From a bacterium (GTDB lineage: Bacteria; Armatimonadota; JACIXR01), in the NCBI GenBank assembly GCA_014360495.1, contig JACIXR010000004.1:67983-131982 (forward strand): a DNA stretch of 64,000 bases, read 5' to 3'. Positions 19,279-30,548 of this stretch are shown piece by piece. The notes under the pieces are model-generated. The model ran no database searches and was not told the DNA's origin. It saw only the letters and a list, made by a program, of their open reading frames with translations. Numbering within the stretch: position 1 is the stretch's first letter; each line of letters starts with the position of its first letter. The position numbers were made by a program, and so were the translations under genes.

Positions 19279-20535
19279 CTAAGCGAACTTCTCCGCTTCT
19301 TCCTTGGCTATCCTCACCGTTTCCCTTAGCCTCTCCGGCTGGTTTCTGCAGGTATGGATGTCCTTGAAGATTATCTCAACGACGCAATCTCTTGTTTTCT
19401 CCAGCGCATCCCTCACCATTTTCCTCACAAATTCACCATCAAATTGTTCAGCAGCGAAGATGGGAGCGGGATTGGGCTTCCAGGAGAAAATTGCCCTTTT
19501 GCCCAATCTTTCCGCTCCCTCAGCGACATCAACCCAGGGGCTCATGGATAGTCTGCGGAGATGAGGGATATGTTTTAAGATTATCTCAACCTTCTTGTGT
19601 AGCGGTTCACAGCAGCCGTAAGAGGCTAAGCCGAATCTTGAGAGGAACTTGCCCTCATATTGGAGGGCGAATTCCTCATGCATAGCGGGGGAAACACAGG
19701 CGAATATCTGGGTTGTGGCATGACCCCAAAGGTCCTTCGTCCTTACATGAACGCCATCAAAATCGGGTTGAGGAAGCTCGTCCGTGAACCCCAAACCTCC
19801 TGAGCCACAGTAATGTGCCCCATTATTCAAGCTCAAAACATTTTCCCGTTCATAGAAATCAAGCATCTCCAGCCAAGCGTCAGTCAAAAAGCTGAGCGCG
19901 CGATGGAGCCATTGAGGACGTTCAATCATATCAATGAATAATTGGTCAAATCCCCGCCAGGTGGCGAAGTCGTCTATGATGGCAAACCAGAAATGAGCTG
20001 GACCCCTTTTCTCAACTTTTAGAATATCTCCCACTAAATCGCAAAGTTTCTCGTAATGCTCCTCCGTAGCTTTCCAATCTATCCACAGCCTTGGCTTCTG
20101 CAATTTCTCCAAATCCTTCTCCTCTCTTATCACCGGCTCATATTTCACGGCTCCGTAAGGGTCATCAGGAGAGGTCGTTTGGGGAGCAATTCCAAATCCT
20201 GTGTTATGAATGTAGATTGGCGAGGCAATGGTATCGGTTATAACGCTGTCATCCTGGATGAATTCAGCGTAGTAAAGCCTCATTCTTAGGTCATATTCAA
20301 CCCCTCGGCAAAATGGGTCGGAGCAGGAAAGGCTTTCCCAGGGGAGGACTTCTCGCCAGGAGCCTTCAGGGAAAATGAGGACAAGCGGTCTTATCCTCTT
20401 GAGGGAGTTGTGCTGCTTCCATATCCTCGCCATTTCCTCTTGGCGAGGTTGATGGGCATATTCAGCTACCCTCTTCGCTAAATCCCTTATTAAGGTTATG
20501 TCCCTTTCGGGGAATTTTCCTAAATTCTCTCCCAT
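19279..20535 (-). CDS. UroD/MtaA-like TIM-barrel protein (putative Zn methyltransferase fold)
   Basis: WRG.DQLFIDM...P, VSP.M.EEF...Y, YGCCEPL and SMSPW motifs typical of this uncharacterised family. Confidence 0.65.
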   Translation of the reverse strand: MGENLGKFPERDITLIRDLAKRVAEYAHQPRQEEMARIWKQHNSLKRIRPLVLIFPEGSWREVLPWESLSCSDPFCRGVEYDLRMRLYYAEFIQDDSVITDTIASPIYIHNTGFGIAPQTTSPDDPYGAVKYEPVIREEKDLEKLQKPRLWIDWKATEEHYEKLCDLVGDILKVEKRGPAHFWFAIIDDFATWRGFDQLFIDMIERPQWLHRALSFLTDAWLEMLDFYERENVLSLNNGAHYCGSGGLGFTDELPQPDFDGVHVRTKDLWGHATTQIFACVSPAMHEEFALQYEGKFLSRFGLASYGCCEPLHKKVEIILKHIPHLRRLSMSPWVDVAEGAERLGKRAIFSWKPNPAPIFAAEQFDGEFVRKMVRDALEKTRDCVVEIIFKDIHTCRNQPERLRETVRIAKEEAEKFA

Positions 20536-22010
20536 ATAGGAGGGATGCGCTCCTTTCCCGCTGGTCCTAAGACGATTGGTTTAATTCCCGCTATCTCGCA
20601 GAGGTAGGTTAGAGCACGCACTTTATCTCCGAGAACGGCTAATATGTGGTTGCAGGGGAAAACGCTGACGAATTCCTCAAAGGAGCAATTCAGGCGAGCG
20701 TGGACATGAGGCCAGGTGGGATTAGTTTGTTCGTTGAGGGCTTTCCTTTCCTCCTCGGGAAGCTCAAGGCTCTCGCCGGGGACAATAACCATATAGGGCT
20801 TGTCGTCCCAGAGCCCAAGCCTGGCGAAGGTTAACTTGCAAGGAGCGGCGTCAAAGGATACGGAGGCTCCTCCCGCTTTGAAGTAATATTCAAGGGCGGG
20901 ATAGAATGTTACCTTCTTGAAGTTATCCTCGGGATTGAAGCTCAAGGAGGCGTAGAAACTGGCGTGATTTCCCGAGTTGCAGAAATCCCAAAGGTCCCTA
21001 TCGGGATGATAGAGGCGAACATCCATAAAGAGAACCGGCAATCCGCCGCTTATGTATTTCAGAAGTTGCATAGTCATCGCAGCGTAGGAATCGGCTTCTG
21101 TGGCGCAAACAGTGGGCTCTTTAGGACCGTTCCAATCATAGGGGTCGTTCATAAGCATCTCGGGAACATCTCCGAGGCAAACGTATTCCGTCAACTCCCT
21201 TTGCCCCTTCAACCCGCAGAAATCAAAACCCTTTTCCTCGTTGACCATTCGCATAGCTATGTAGAGGCGAATCTGCGTCCTGAGAGTCTCGGGCGTAAGC
21301 ATCTTCCCATCGTATTTTATCCTGTCGCCCAGAAGGTCGGTAAACCACTTAAATCCCTTCTCCACTTCCGCATCGCTGACCTCTTCCATTCTCTTTACCA
21401 AGAGAAGTTGGTCAATCTGTCTAACTGTCGTTCCGAATGTCTTGATTGTGGGGACGAGATGGAAGTAGCCGGTTTCCATACCCATTGAATGTCCGCCATA
21501 GCAACCGTAGACCTCGTTTTGGATTGTGGTGTAGGCTAGGCTTGCTCGGCACCAATCTATTACCTTATTTTGCGTTTCCTCGTCATCTATCTCGCCGATT
21601 ATCCTATGAGTTCTTATTCCTGCTTGGCGAAGAGCCCCATCAGTTGCGAGCAATCCCACATTGCCGGGGAATTGTCCGTTGTTATTGGAGAGGCTTAAAA
21701 CGGGCACCTTGCCGAGGCTGTTGAGGAATGGCCATGCAAGGAAGGGAAAATCCCAGACATTGTAGAGCATTATCACCTGCTTGCAGTTAGCCCTTGCCAG
21801 TTCTTCTCCCATTTCCTGGGCAACTCTCACGCTCGTTATTATCTTTGACGCCACGATGACCTCAGGTGTCGTCCCATCAACATTTCTCAGCTTTGCCCTA
21901 ATCAGCTTCGCCCATTCCTGGCAAACCCTCATATTTTCCGGGTTGTTTGCCCGCCACACATGCTCCCTTTCATCGTTGAGCATAACGATGCCGATGTTTG
22001 TGCTTTTCAT
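20520..22010 (-). CDS. L-fucose/D-arabinose isomerase family protein
   Basis: GGHSMGM, KGQREL, ATEAD, FMDVR, NSG, PTWPH and NH metal-site motifs of FucI-type ketol isomerases. Confidence 0.85.
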   Translation of the reverse strand: MKSTNIGIVMLNDEREHVWRANNPENMRVCQEWAKLIRAKLRNVDGTTPEVIVASKIITSVRVAQEMGEELARANCKQVIMLYNVWDFPFLAWPFLNSLGKVPVLSLSNNNGQFPGNVGLLATDGALRQAGIRTHRIIGEIDDEETQNKVIDWCRASLAYTTIQNEVYGCYGGHSMGMETGYFHLVPTIKTFGTTVRQIDQLLLVKRMEEVSDAEVEKGFKWFTDLLGDRIKYDGKMLTPETLRTQIRLYIAMRMVNEEKGFDFCGLKGQRELTEYVCLGDVPEMLMNDPYDWNGPKEPTVCATEADSYAAMTMQLLKYISGGLPVLFMDVRLYHPDRDLWDFCNSGNHASFYASLSFNPEDNFKKVTFYPALEYYFKAGGASVSFDAAPCKLTFARLGLWDDKPYMVIVPGESLELPEEERKALNEQTNPTWPHVHARLNCSFEEFVSVFPCNHILAVLGDKVRALTYLCEIAGIKPIVLGPAGKERIPPIWERI

Positions 22011-22028
22011 AATTTATCTACCTCCTTT

Positions 22029-22856
22029 TTATCCCTGAATTATAGCTTCCAAAGCCTTTGCGGTCTCAAAAATCAGAAGTTCGGGATGGAATTTATAGGC
22101 GGGAAGCTCGGCAGTGATAAAGCCTTGATAATTAATCTCCTTCAGCGCCTTGCTTACCTCTGGCCAGTTCACGTCTCCCTCCAGAAGATTTACGAATCCA
22201 TGGATGTTTCCCGCGGAGAGGCGGAAGTCCTTGACATGGACCGCCTTTATCCTTTGCCCCAATATCCTTATCCATTGCTCGGGAAAGCCGAAATTGAGGA
22301 CATTGCCGACATCAAAGTAAGCTCCAACCCACTCGCTTTGGAAGGAATCTATGAAATCCCTCATCTCTAAGGGCGACATAAACATCTTGTTCCAAACATT
22401 TTCCACCCCGATAAAGACCTTGTTCTTCTCCGCCTCGCCTATGAGTTGTTTGATGCCTTCCCTTGCCCTTTCTATCGCAACATCGTAGGGCTCCTCGGGT
22501 GATACAGTGCCCGGCACCAAGAGGAGGACATCCGCTCCAAGCCAACGATTGATGCGGAGGCAAATCTTTGTCTGCTCTATGGATTTCTCCCTTATTGCGC
22601 GGTCGGGAGAGGTCAATCTTACCTGCCAATGAAAGCCGGGGAGGGTTGTTCCCAGCGTAATTCCCGCCTTCTCAGCTTCCTTCCTGAACTCCTTCGCCTC
22701 CTCCTCGCTTATGGAAAGGGGAAGAGTGTAAGGAGGATTTGCCTGCTCTCCGATTATCACCTCTACTCCATCCAAGCCCGCCTCTTTAGCCAGCTGGAAG
22801 AGTTCCTTTGTTGAGAGGTTTGGTGGGAAAGCCCAGACATTGATGCTCTTTTTCAT
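22029..22856 (-). CDS. Sugar-phosphate isomerase/epimerase (xylose isomerase-like TIM barrel)
   Basis: ENVWNK, YFDVGN, HVKDF and GDVNW motifs. Confidence 0.88.
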   Translation of the reverse strand: MKKSINVWAFPPNLSTKELFQLAKEAGLDGVEVIIGEQANPPYTLPLSISEEEAKEFRKEAEKAGITLGTTLPGFHWQVRLTSPDRAIREKSIEQTKICLRINRWLGADVLLLVPGTVSPEEPYDVAIERAREGIKQLIGEAEKNKVFIGVENVWNKMFMSPLEMRDFIDSFQSEWVGAYFDVGNVLNFGFPEQWIRILGQRIKAVHVKDFRLSAGNIHGFVNLLEGDVNWPEVSKALKEINYQGFITAELPAYKFHPELLIFETAKALEAIIQG

Positions 22857-22871
22857 TTTGTTTTCCTCCTT

Positions 22872-23495
22872 TCAAAAATTTTTCTTTATAAAAGGCAAAA
22901 TGCCTTTGCCCTCCAAAGCCATTTTCCCTCCCCAAAGCCCCACTATAGCTCCACCTATTACATCTATGGTATGATGCGCTCCCGACTGCACCCTCGCAAT
23001 CGCCACCCCGGTTGCCAATAGATAATAGATGAGTTTGTTCTCTGGATGATAGCGGGAGAGGACGGAGGCAATGGCAAATGAGGTAGAGGTATGCCCTGAG
23101 GGAAATGAATCGTAGGATTCTCCATTTGGTCTTTTGCTATGGGTTAGATATTTCAAGCCTAAGGTAACAGTGCCCGTTGTCAAAAGAGCGTTTAAGCAAT
23201 CGTCTCCAATTTTCTCCTTCACATTTATACAAGAAGGACTAACGAGTAAAGAAATCGCTGCTAATGATTTTGTTTGAAAATTCGTTTTTTCTGAAAGAAG
23301 GGCAATGGCACCAAGAGTCTTAGTCTGCAAGTTCGCATCTTCAAATAAATCCTCGGAGTGTATCAAAAGGAGCGAAAGACCTGCTTGAGTGGCTCCCTCG
23401 CCAAGGCAGTTGAGGTTATGGAGCAACTTCTGGGAGGTCTCCCAGGGCAGAGCGAGGGGTACAAGGAAGAAAAGTAAAATTAGAAACTTCGTCAT
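22872..23495 (-). CDS. PAP2 family phosphatase
   Basis: K......RP, FPSGH and AR...GAHH..D motifs; N-terminal signal-like sequence. Confidence 0.88.
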   Translation of the reverse strand: MTKFLILLFFLVPLALPWETSQKLLHNLNCLGEGATQAGLSLLLIHSEDLFEDANLQTKTLGAIALLSEKTNFQTKSLAAISLLVSPSCINVKEKIGDDCLNALLTTGTVTLGLKYLTHSKRPNGESYDSFPSGHTSTSFAIASVLSRYHPENKLIYYLLATGVAIARVQSGAHHTIDVIGGAIVGLWGGKMALEGKGILPFIKKNF

Positions 23496-26400
23496 CCTCT
23501 TATAAGCACTTCAACCTTACCCAACAGTCCGGAGGGCTTGGGTTCTCCCACGATGAGATTTTGCATTGTATTGGCGACCTCTATCTCCAACAAGTTCTCT
23601 CCTTCCTTCACGAAATTCGTGATATCCACTTCAAAGGGTTCCCATAGGCGAACATCCACGAGCTCGCCATTGACCTTTATCCCAGCAAGTTCTCCAACCT
23701 TCTCCATCCTAACGACGACATTCTTCCCCGCAATCTTTCCAATATGTATCTTTTGAGAATATATGGCTATGCCGGAGTAGAAGGGATATCCGAAAGTAGT
23801 CCAGCATTCGCCAATCCGTGCCTCTCCGGGTTCCTTGGCGATAACCCATTCTTCGTCTTTCCTTCTCAGGGCGAAATCGCCGATGAGGATTGGTGGGTGT
23901 GCTAAATTAACCGGTTCATATAAGCCAGCTGCGCATCTTATCTCAACTTCGTTTATGCCCTGCTTTAATAGGGAGGAAACATCAGCTGAAAACATAAACC
24001 TATCAAGATAATCGTCGGGTTCCCAATTTTTCACTTGCTCACCGTTTATCAATACCTCTATGTGTTTCGTAGCGCTCTCGTTCCATACAGGTTCGTTTAT
24101 CCCTCCATCCATAATCAACTTTGCCTTCTCTGGAACGGCTTCAACCTCAAAGCTAGTCTTGTATATATGGAGGTAGGTATCGCTATCCCTGCCTGTGACC
24201 CTTGAGGACATCTCATATTTCCAGTTCCTCAAGGGAAGAGCGTTAGGTTTGGCAGTTTTGAATTGCCACTTTTCCTGCAGGAAAACGGGTTCCTCTTGGG
24301 AGAAAGTTTTCTTTTCCTTAGGCATAAGCTCCTCGGGAAGTTCTTCCTCAAGCGATATGAGCAAGGAATTGTTTGGAGGCAAGGTTATATCTAAAATGGT
24401 CTTACCTCTCTTCTCCTGCCATTTGAATGGGAAGGATTCCAGCTTTCCGGTCTCGGCGTTCCAAACGAGGGGAATCCCTCCCTCCGATAGCTCTGCCTGG
24501 AAGCTGACTGTTCTGTGTCTTGATGTATTGACAAAGAAGTAAAAGCTTTTCTCTCCCTTCATATAATGGAGGGAAACGATATCGCGTGCGGGTTTCTTAT
24601 CCTCAAGCACCAACATATCTGGTTCAATGATTTCGCTCAAAATGGAGAACAGCTCTTGTTCCAATTCCTCTTGTGGGAGGTCATGGGCGCCTCTTATGAA
24701 TATAGCCTCGCCTTTCTCGTGTTTCTTCCTGTAAATCTTCTTCTCCATTTTCTCCGGATTCAATTTCGCCTCTTCGGGCTCCACGCCGAAGAGGAAACAC
24801 AGCCTCTCCAATAGTTCCCTGTCTTCACCCGCCTCAAAGGATGTGTGGGGAAGCGAGCCCAGAGCGATGACCTTTCCATCCTCCGCTAGAAAATCCTCTA
24901 TCACTTCCACAGTTTCCCAGGATAACATCGTTAGGGTTGGGAGAACAAGAACTTTATATTCCTCAAGGACATCGGAGCATGTCTCGTCCATAACCCAGAT
25001 TTTACCCCTTTGGAATAGTGTCCTTTGTTGGAGAATTTCCTCAGAGATGTAATCAAAGTCGAATCCAATTCTCAGAAGCGCCTCGCTTGTCTTGTTGAAT
25101 CCAAGGATAATTTTCTCCGTTTCCCTTGTTGGTTGAGGAGTGATTGAAGCCCACATAGATTTGATGGGGTAAAGGACGGCTACATCGGCGATATGATTGC
25201 CGTGGGAGAAGATATAGCTGAGGCGAGCTACATAGTCCGCGAACTTCTTATAATATTTCCAGAAGGGAGCACGATAGAACTCATCAGGTGGGCATTCCCA
25301 TTTTCTGAATCCCTGAATGGAGTAATAAAACGCGTGGGGCATAACCAAATTAACTCCCAAGGCTATTAGCCAGTCCGTAAGCCATTTCAAGGTATTTAAG
25401 GATATTCCCCATTGGGAAGCCAAACCGAATGCTTCGCACATAACTCTTGGCTTTTCCAAAAGATGGGCGGCGGAGGAGGCAAACTTAGGACCGACGAGAT
25501 TGTTTAAGCCCCAGGGAGTATCCGGTTGCGGCCAGGTGAGCTCGCAGAGGAGGTCAACTCCCCCGAAATGCATATATTGAGCACCGCGGAAGAAATCTCC
25601 CTGATGGCGTGTATGGTGATAGAGTTCACCCTCAGATAGGACATGCCCGATGAAATTAAGGTTCACCTTATCGCAGAACTCATAAATCTGCTTGAAGAAA
25701 GCGGAGACATATGCTTCCGTTGCCGTGTCTCGGAAGTGGGCGCGGACCATGGGAGTTAGAGGTCCAACATCTTCAAAGAGGGCTGGGAGGGCTTTATAGA
25801 GGGAATATCCAAATCTTCTCTCAAAGAGGGAAGGGAGGCTGGCTGTCCAGGGAATCGCCTCAGAGGGGTTGTAATCCATAGCGGGTTCATCGGTGAAGAT
25901 TCCCCAAACAGTGGAGCCGAATTCGTCCTTGAATCGTTTCGCATATTCCTTATGGGTTAGCTCTATGAACCTCTTTATTGCGTCCGGATTTAGAGTATCA
26001 ACAGCTGAGCCGAAAAAGAGACCAGAGGTGAGGTATCTGCGAGAGAAAACATAGACTCTAAAATCACTGGATTGGGGAGCTACCCATTCAAATACATCGT
26101 CCTTCACAAAATCGTTAAGGAGGATACCACCACTGTAAAAGTTCTTAATTTTACCATCCTCCAATGGGAAAGCAACAACCGCAATGAGTTCATCCATCTT
26201 GTTTATTTTCAGGGAAACTTTTTCTCCTGCCTTTATTTCCAACCTATGGGCTAAGTATAAACCTGACATTCGGTAGTAGGGATTTTCCGCGACAATCTTA
26301 CCATCGGCATTGGCGGAGGGCCAATTGTTCTCGTCGTAGAGATAAGCTTTCATATCCAATTTCTTGGCTGTCTCTATGCAGGTGCGGATTCTCTCAAACC

Positions 26401-26593
26401 ATTCTTCCGAAAGATAGGGTGTGAGGAGTCCATGGCGGGCGTGAAGGATGAACCCATCCACCCCTTTCTCGTGCATCTCTTTTATCTGTCTTATCAATTC
26501 CTCATCCCTTAAATCCCTATTTAAAAACCAGAAGGGAGCCAGGCGATACTCACTTGTGGGGTTCTGAAACTCCCTTTCCATATCTCCGTTCAT
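23492..26593 (-). CDS. GH106-like glycoside hydrolase (alpha-L-rhamnosidase family)
   Basis: PFWFLN, LYDE.NWPS, GIFTDEP, MCEAFG and GVN...PHAFYYS motifs; C-terminal GH2-type beta-sandwich with YPFYSG. Confidence 0.85.
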   Translation of the reverse strand: MNGDMEREFQNPTSEYRLAPFWFLNRDLRDEELIRQIKEMHEKGVDGFILHARHGLLTPYLSEEWFERIRTCIETAKKLDMKAYLYDENNWPSANADGKIVAENPYYRMSGLYLAHRLEIKAGEKVSLKINKMDELIAVVAFPLEDGKIKNFYSGGILLNDFVKDDVFEWVAPQSSDFRVYVFSRRYLTSGLFFGSAVDTLNPDAIKRFIELTHKEYAKRFKDEFGSTVWGIFTDEPAMDYNPSEAIPWTASLPSLFERRFGYSLYKALPALFEDVGPLTPMVRAHFRDTATEAYVSAFFKQIYEFCDKVNLNFIGHVLSEGELYHHTRHQGDFFRGAQYMHFGGVDLLCELTWPQPDTPWGLNNLVGPKFASSAAHLLEKPRVMCEAFGLASQWGISLNTLKWLTDWLIALGVNLVMPHAFYYSIQGFRKWECPPDEFYRAPFWKYYKKFADYVARLSYIFSHGNHIADVAVLYPIKSMWASITPQPTRETEKIILGFNKTSEALLRIGFDFDYISEEILQQRTLFQRGKIWVMDETCSDVLEEYKVLVLPTLTMLSWETVEVIEDFLAEDGKVIALGSLPHTSFEAGEDRELLERLCFLFGVEPEEAKLNPEKMEKKIYRKKHEKGEAIFIRGAHDLPQEELEQELFSILSEIIEPDMLVLEDKKPARDIVSLHYMKGEKSFYFFVNTSRHRTVSFQAELSEGGIPLVWNAETGKLESFPFKWQEKRGKTILDITLPPNNSLLISLEEELPEELMPKEKKTFSQEEPVFLQEKWQFKTAKPNALPLRNWKYEMSSRVTGRDSDTYLHIYKTSFEVEAVPEKAKLIMDGGINEPVWNESATKHIEVLINGEQVKNWEPDDYLDRFMFSADVSSLLKQGINEVEIRCAAGLYEPVNLAHPPILIGDFALRRKDEEWVIAKEPGEARIGECWTTFGYPFYSGIAIYSQKIHIGKIAGKNVVVRMEKVGELAGIKVNGELVDVRLWEPFEVDITNFVKEGENLLEIEVANTMQNLIVGEPKPSGLLGKVEVLIRG

Positions 26594-26631
26594 CTAAAAT
26601 CCCTCCTCTGCAAGGTTTTGTTTTTTAACTT

Positions 26632-26659
26632 ATTGTAATTATACGCGAAATCAAGTCAA
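26632..26659 (-). promoter_or_regulatory. Promoter of the GH106 operon
   Basis: TTGACT-N16-TACAAT; shares TTGACTTGATTT with the promoters at 7.6 and 9.25 kb. Confidence 0.55.
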
Positions 26660-26906
26660 ATAGAAAATCAATGTGTGATTCTCGGTTTTGTTGCAAGATT
26701 CATTGGCTAGCCTAATATACATACTGCCTAATTATGAAAAGTCTTTGACTTTTATATCTGTGCTTTAACTTTTTAGGTTTGCTAAGATTTTCCCAACCTA
26801 AGGCTTGGGAAATGAGATTGTCACGCATATTCCGAGCTCGCATCTAAAGCAGTCTTCCTCTTTGGTTGGTATAAAAAGAGGTGGTTCTCATTTTAGCAAG
26901 TCTAAC

Positions 26907-29024
26907 TTATATTGCTTTCATAAGAATAAGGGCGAGGAGTGTTGCTTCTTCAGGTGAGATATCTTCCCGCTCCAAAAAGAAGTTCGCTACAACTCTTTCC
27001 TCCTCGCTCAATTTTCCTAAATCGGAGAATTTCGCCAATCTCTCCGCGAATTTCTTGTAATTTCCCTTCCCAAAATGGCGTAAGGCGAGCATTATTCCCC
27101 TTCTAATCCTTCTCTTTCCCTTACCAACTCTTCTCAATATGCTCTCCACACGCTGGTATAAGGTTAGGAGGTCTAAAGAAAGCAAGGGGTAGAGATTTAT
27201 TCCCATCAATTTTCCAATAGAATAAATCCATTGTCTTTTGAAAAGGGGAGACTTGAACTTTTCCCTGATGCTAAGAAGACTGCTCAATGCGGATTTTTCT
27301 CCCGATTTAGCCAGATAGTAAGAAATGTGTGCTAAAATTTCCTCATCTTCCTCTTCCTGCAAAAGTGAGGGCAGTTTTTCCGCGCCGAGGGTGTCTAATT
27401 CATAAGTTGCCTTAAGAGTTATTTCCCTTCTCCGTCCCAACTTCGCTAAAGCTTCCAAAACTTCGCTTGCGAACATCTTTTCGGTTTCTAAATATCTTTC
27501 TAGGGCTTCAATCGCCTTCTCATTGCCTATTTCTCCCAAAGCTATTATCGCTTCTCTTCTCACCTCGGGATTTGGGTCTTGAAGGAGGTTTATCAAATTA
27601 TCAATTGCGAGGGAAGAGTGTGGAATTGCCAAAGCTTTTATAGCCTTTATTTTTTCTTCTTCCTTTCCGCTTGCCAGCAAGCGGAGCGCCCTAAGGGTTC
27701 CTATAGGTTTTCTAGGCACAATGTCCCTTACAAGTTCTAAGGGAGATTCTTCCTCTCTGTATTCCCTTATTGTCCGAAGAAGTGAAAGCGAGAGTAGGCG
27801 CAGAACGGTGGAGAGAATGAAAAGAATTTTTATATTCGTTAAATCAAGGGCTAAAAAGGTGATGTGTAGTCCTTTTAAGGCGTTCACTATCAAGCCCCCA
27901 AGGAAAGGAGAGACAGCCCCCGTGAGGGAGACGAGGGCGGAATGAATACCGACATAGGACATCCTTTTAATAGGAGGGGAGAACATAAGGAGTAGGTTGA
28001 ACTGGGTTAGCATAATACCCGCCCAGAGAGCGCCGGCGAAGATATTCACCAGATAAAGAAGAATAAGCGAAAGGGTGGGAAAGCGTGGGGTCATAAAAAT
28101 GTAGAAAAAGGGGATAAGGGAAGCGAGGAGGCTTGTTAAAAGGAGGATGCTTTTATTTGAGTATCTATCGGCGAGGTAGCCGAAGAAAGGTTGAGCAAGG
28201 AGCCCTGCTATCCCTGAGGAGATAGATACCAAGACAATCGTTGTATAGGAGAGGTGGAGATATTTGAGCATAAAAACCGAGAAGAATTGCCCGGGCATAA
28301 TCACTGCGAAATTCCAAAGGGATATGAAAAAGGTATAAAATTTGAAGTTTTTATCCTTAAGCGGAAGGACGAGCTCATGGATAAGAGAAAGGTCTTTTTG
28401 AGGTTCTCTATAGGGTTCCGGTTGTAGAAATATTATGATTATCTCAACTATGGCGAATAAGGCAGCGGTTGCGAAGACGAGAGGGAAGGCTATCTTTTTA
28501 GGCAATACATCTACGAGCCTTCCCATAGATAAGGAAACGACCATCCCTGCCAATCCAGCATACATATTTCTGCGTGCGAAATATCGTCCCCTGATATCCT
28601 CGGGAACGATATCACCCAACCAGCTGACATAGGGTGGATTTGTGAGAGAAATAAATATATTAAAAAGGGTGTAAGAAGCGAAGAAAAGAAATAGGGAATA
28701 GGAGAGGGATTTGAAGAATGGAAGGAAGATGATGGGTATCCAAAATAGGATGGAGAAGATGTAGAATATGTTGGTGAAGAATTTTCTCGTTAGTCTTGAT
28801 TTCTCCGCCCAGAAAGAAGCAAGGGGTTGAACAACGCCCGCGAGGACTGGAATTGCTCCCAATAAACCTATTTCCAAGCTCTTTGCTCCCAAATAGAGAG
28901 CGAATCCCGTTATGAAGACACCAGTCCAAAGGTTGTAGGCGCAGGTGCCTATTATTGCTCCCCAATTGAACAGGCGAAGCGCCTTTGTCGTTTCTTGATG
29001 AGAAAGGGTTGTCTTAGCCCTCAC
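26907..29024 (-). CDS. MFS transporter fused to a C-terminal HEAT-repeat domain
   Basis: About 420-aa MFS part ([23 protein letters not shown]) followed by [24 protein letters not shown] repeats. Confidence 0.85.
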   Translation of the reverse strand: MRAKTTLSHQETTKALRLFNWGAIIGTCAYNLWTGVFITGFALYLGAKSLEIGLLGAIPVLAGVVQPLASFWAEKSRLTRKFFTNIFYIFSILFWIPIIFLPFFKSLSYSLFLFFASYTLFNIFISLTNPPYVSWLGDIVPEDIRGRYFARRNMYAGLAGMVVSLSMGRLVDVLPKKIAFPLVFATAALFAIVEIIIIFLQPEPYREPQKDLSLIHELVLPLKDKNFKFYTFFISLWNFAVIMPGQFFSVFMLKYLHLSYTTIVLVSISSGIAGLLAQPFFGYLADRYSNKSILLLTSLLASLIPFFYIFMTPRFPTLSLILLYLVNIFAGALWAGIMLTQFNLLLMFSPPIKRMSYVGIHSALVSLTGAVSPFLGGLIVNALKGLHITFLALDLTNIKILFILSTVLRLLSLSLLRTIREYREEESPLELVRDIVPRKPIGTLRALRLLASGKEEEKIKAIKALAIPHSSLAIDNLINLLQDPNPEVRREAIIALGEIGNEKAIEALERYLETEKMFASEVLEALAKLGRRREITLKATYELDTLGAEKLPSLLQEEEDEEILAHISYYLAKSGEKSALSSLLSIREKFKSPLFKRQWIYSIGKLMGINLYPLLSLDLLTLYQRVESILRRVGKGKRRIRRGIMLALRHFGKGNYKKFAERLAKFSDLGKLSEEERVVANFFLEREDISPEEATLLALILMKAI

Positions 29025-29835
29025 TTTCTTTGACTATACGGAATATCTTCACGGCTAATTCAAGAATTGGGAACAGGCTATTTAAGGGGAGCATTGTCGC
29101 TGAATCGGATAGAGCTTTTGTTGGCTCTGGGTGGGTTTCAAGGAATATAGCATCAACGCCAACAGCGCAGGCGGCTCTTAATAGATAGGGAGCCATTTCC
29201 CTATCTCCCCCAGAAACTCCCTTTCCCGCTCCGGGCATCTGCACGCTATGCGTTGCATCAAAAACAACAGGGTAGCCGAAACTTTTCATAATGACCAATG
29301 AACGGAAATCTACCACCAAGTTGTTATAGCCAAAAGAAGTTCCTCTCTCGCAGAGAAGGATGTTTTTATTGCCCGTGCTTTCAATCTTCTCAACAACATA
29401 ACGCATATCCCAGGGAGCGAGGAATTGCCCTTTCTTGACATTTATTGGCTTTCCTGTCCTGCCGGCTGATAACAAAAGGTCAGTCTGCCGGCATAGAAAT
29501 GCGGGAATCTGTAGAGCATCAACGATTCTGCCAACGATTGAGGCTTCAGCTGGGGAATGGACATCCGTTAGAACGGGGACTCCTACCTTTTCCCTTACCG
29601 TTTGGAGTATCTCCAATCCCTTCGCCAATCCGGGACCGCGAAATGAGCTTATTGATGTTCTGTTAGCCTTGTCATAGGAGGATTTGAAAACATATCCTAT
29701 TTTCAATTTTTCACATATCTCTTTTAATTTGAAGGCTACCTCAAGACAGAGCTCCTCGCTTTCAATAACACATGGCCCCGCTATCAGAACAAGTTTATCT
29801 CCACCTACAACGACATTTCCGATTTTCACTTGCAT
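29014..29835 (-). CDS. kdsA: KDO 8-phosphate synthase
   Basis: [30 protein letters not shown] and DATHSVQ motifs. Confidence 0.97.
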   Translation of the reverse strand: MQVKIGNVVVGGDKLVLIAGPCVIESEELCLEVAFKLKEICEKLKIGYVFKSSYDKANRTSISSFRGPGLAKGLEILQTVREKVGVPVLTDVHSPAEASIVGRIVDALQIPAFLCRQTDLLLSAGRTGKPINVKKGQFLAPWDMRYVVEKIESTGNKNILLCERGTSFGYNNLVVDFRSLVIMKSFGYPVVFDATHSVQMPGAGKGVSGGDREMAPYLLRAACAVGVDAIFLETHPEPTKALSDSATMLPLNSLFPILELAVKIFRIVKESEG

Positions 29836-30548
29836 CCCAATAGTTTTCTCACCCTTTCCAAGTCCTCAGGAGTGTCAACGCCGACTGGGCTATAATCAAC
29901 GAGAACGATTTTTATCTTGAAGCCGTGTTCCAAAGCCCTCAATTGTTCCAATGACTCAGTCCTTTCCAAGGGAGTTTGGGGAAGAGAAACGAATTTGAGG
30001 AGAAAATCCTTTCTATAGCCATAGATTCCGATGTGTCTTAATGTGGGAGCGATGGGATTGCGATAAAAGGGGATTGGAGAGCGGGAAAAATAAAGAGCTA
30101 TCCCATTTCGGTCGGTAACTACTTTCACCACATTGCTATTACCCCTTTCCTCATTGTTTGCTAAGGTTGCAGCTGAGGTCATAGGGGTTACCTCATCGCT
30201 TTCCCTTAGCGCCTCAGCTACTTTATCAATGACCTCCGGCGGAATTAGGGGTTCGTCCCCTTGGATATTTATGACGAAATCGCAATCAATTTTTCTCGCA
30301 ACCTCAGCGCAGCGGTCTGTTCCAGAAGGATGAGAGGGAGAGGTCATAACAGCCTTGCCCCCGAATTTCTCAACAGCTTTCAAGATTCGTTCGTCGTCTG
30401 TAGCAACCAGGACATCCTCCAAGAGTTTAGATTTTTTTGCCTGTTCGTAAACGTATTGAATAAGAGGTTTCCCGCAGATGTTCGCTAAGGGTTTTCCAGG
30501 CAGGCGAGTTGCGGAATAGCGGGCGGGAATTATGCCTATGATTTTCAT
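29826..30548 (-). CDS. kdsB: CMP-KDO synthetase
   Basis: [26 protein letters not shown] and [10 protein letters not shown] motifs. ATG 30548 overlaps the upstream stop. Confidence 0.97.
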   Translation of the reverse strand: MKIIGIIPARYSATRLPGKPLANICGKPLIQYVYEQAKKSKLLEDVLVATDDERILKAVEKFGGKAVMTSPSHPSGTDRCAEVARKIDCDFVINIQGDEPLIPPEVIDKVAEALRESDEVTPMTSAATLANNEERGNSNVVKVVTDRNGIALYFSRSPIPFYRNPIAPTLRHIGIYGYRKDFLLKFVSLPQTPLERTESLEQLRALEHGFKIKIVLVDYSPVGVDTPEDLERVRKLLGCK

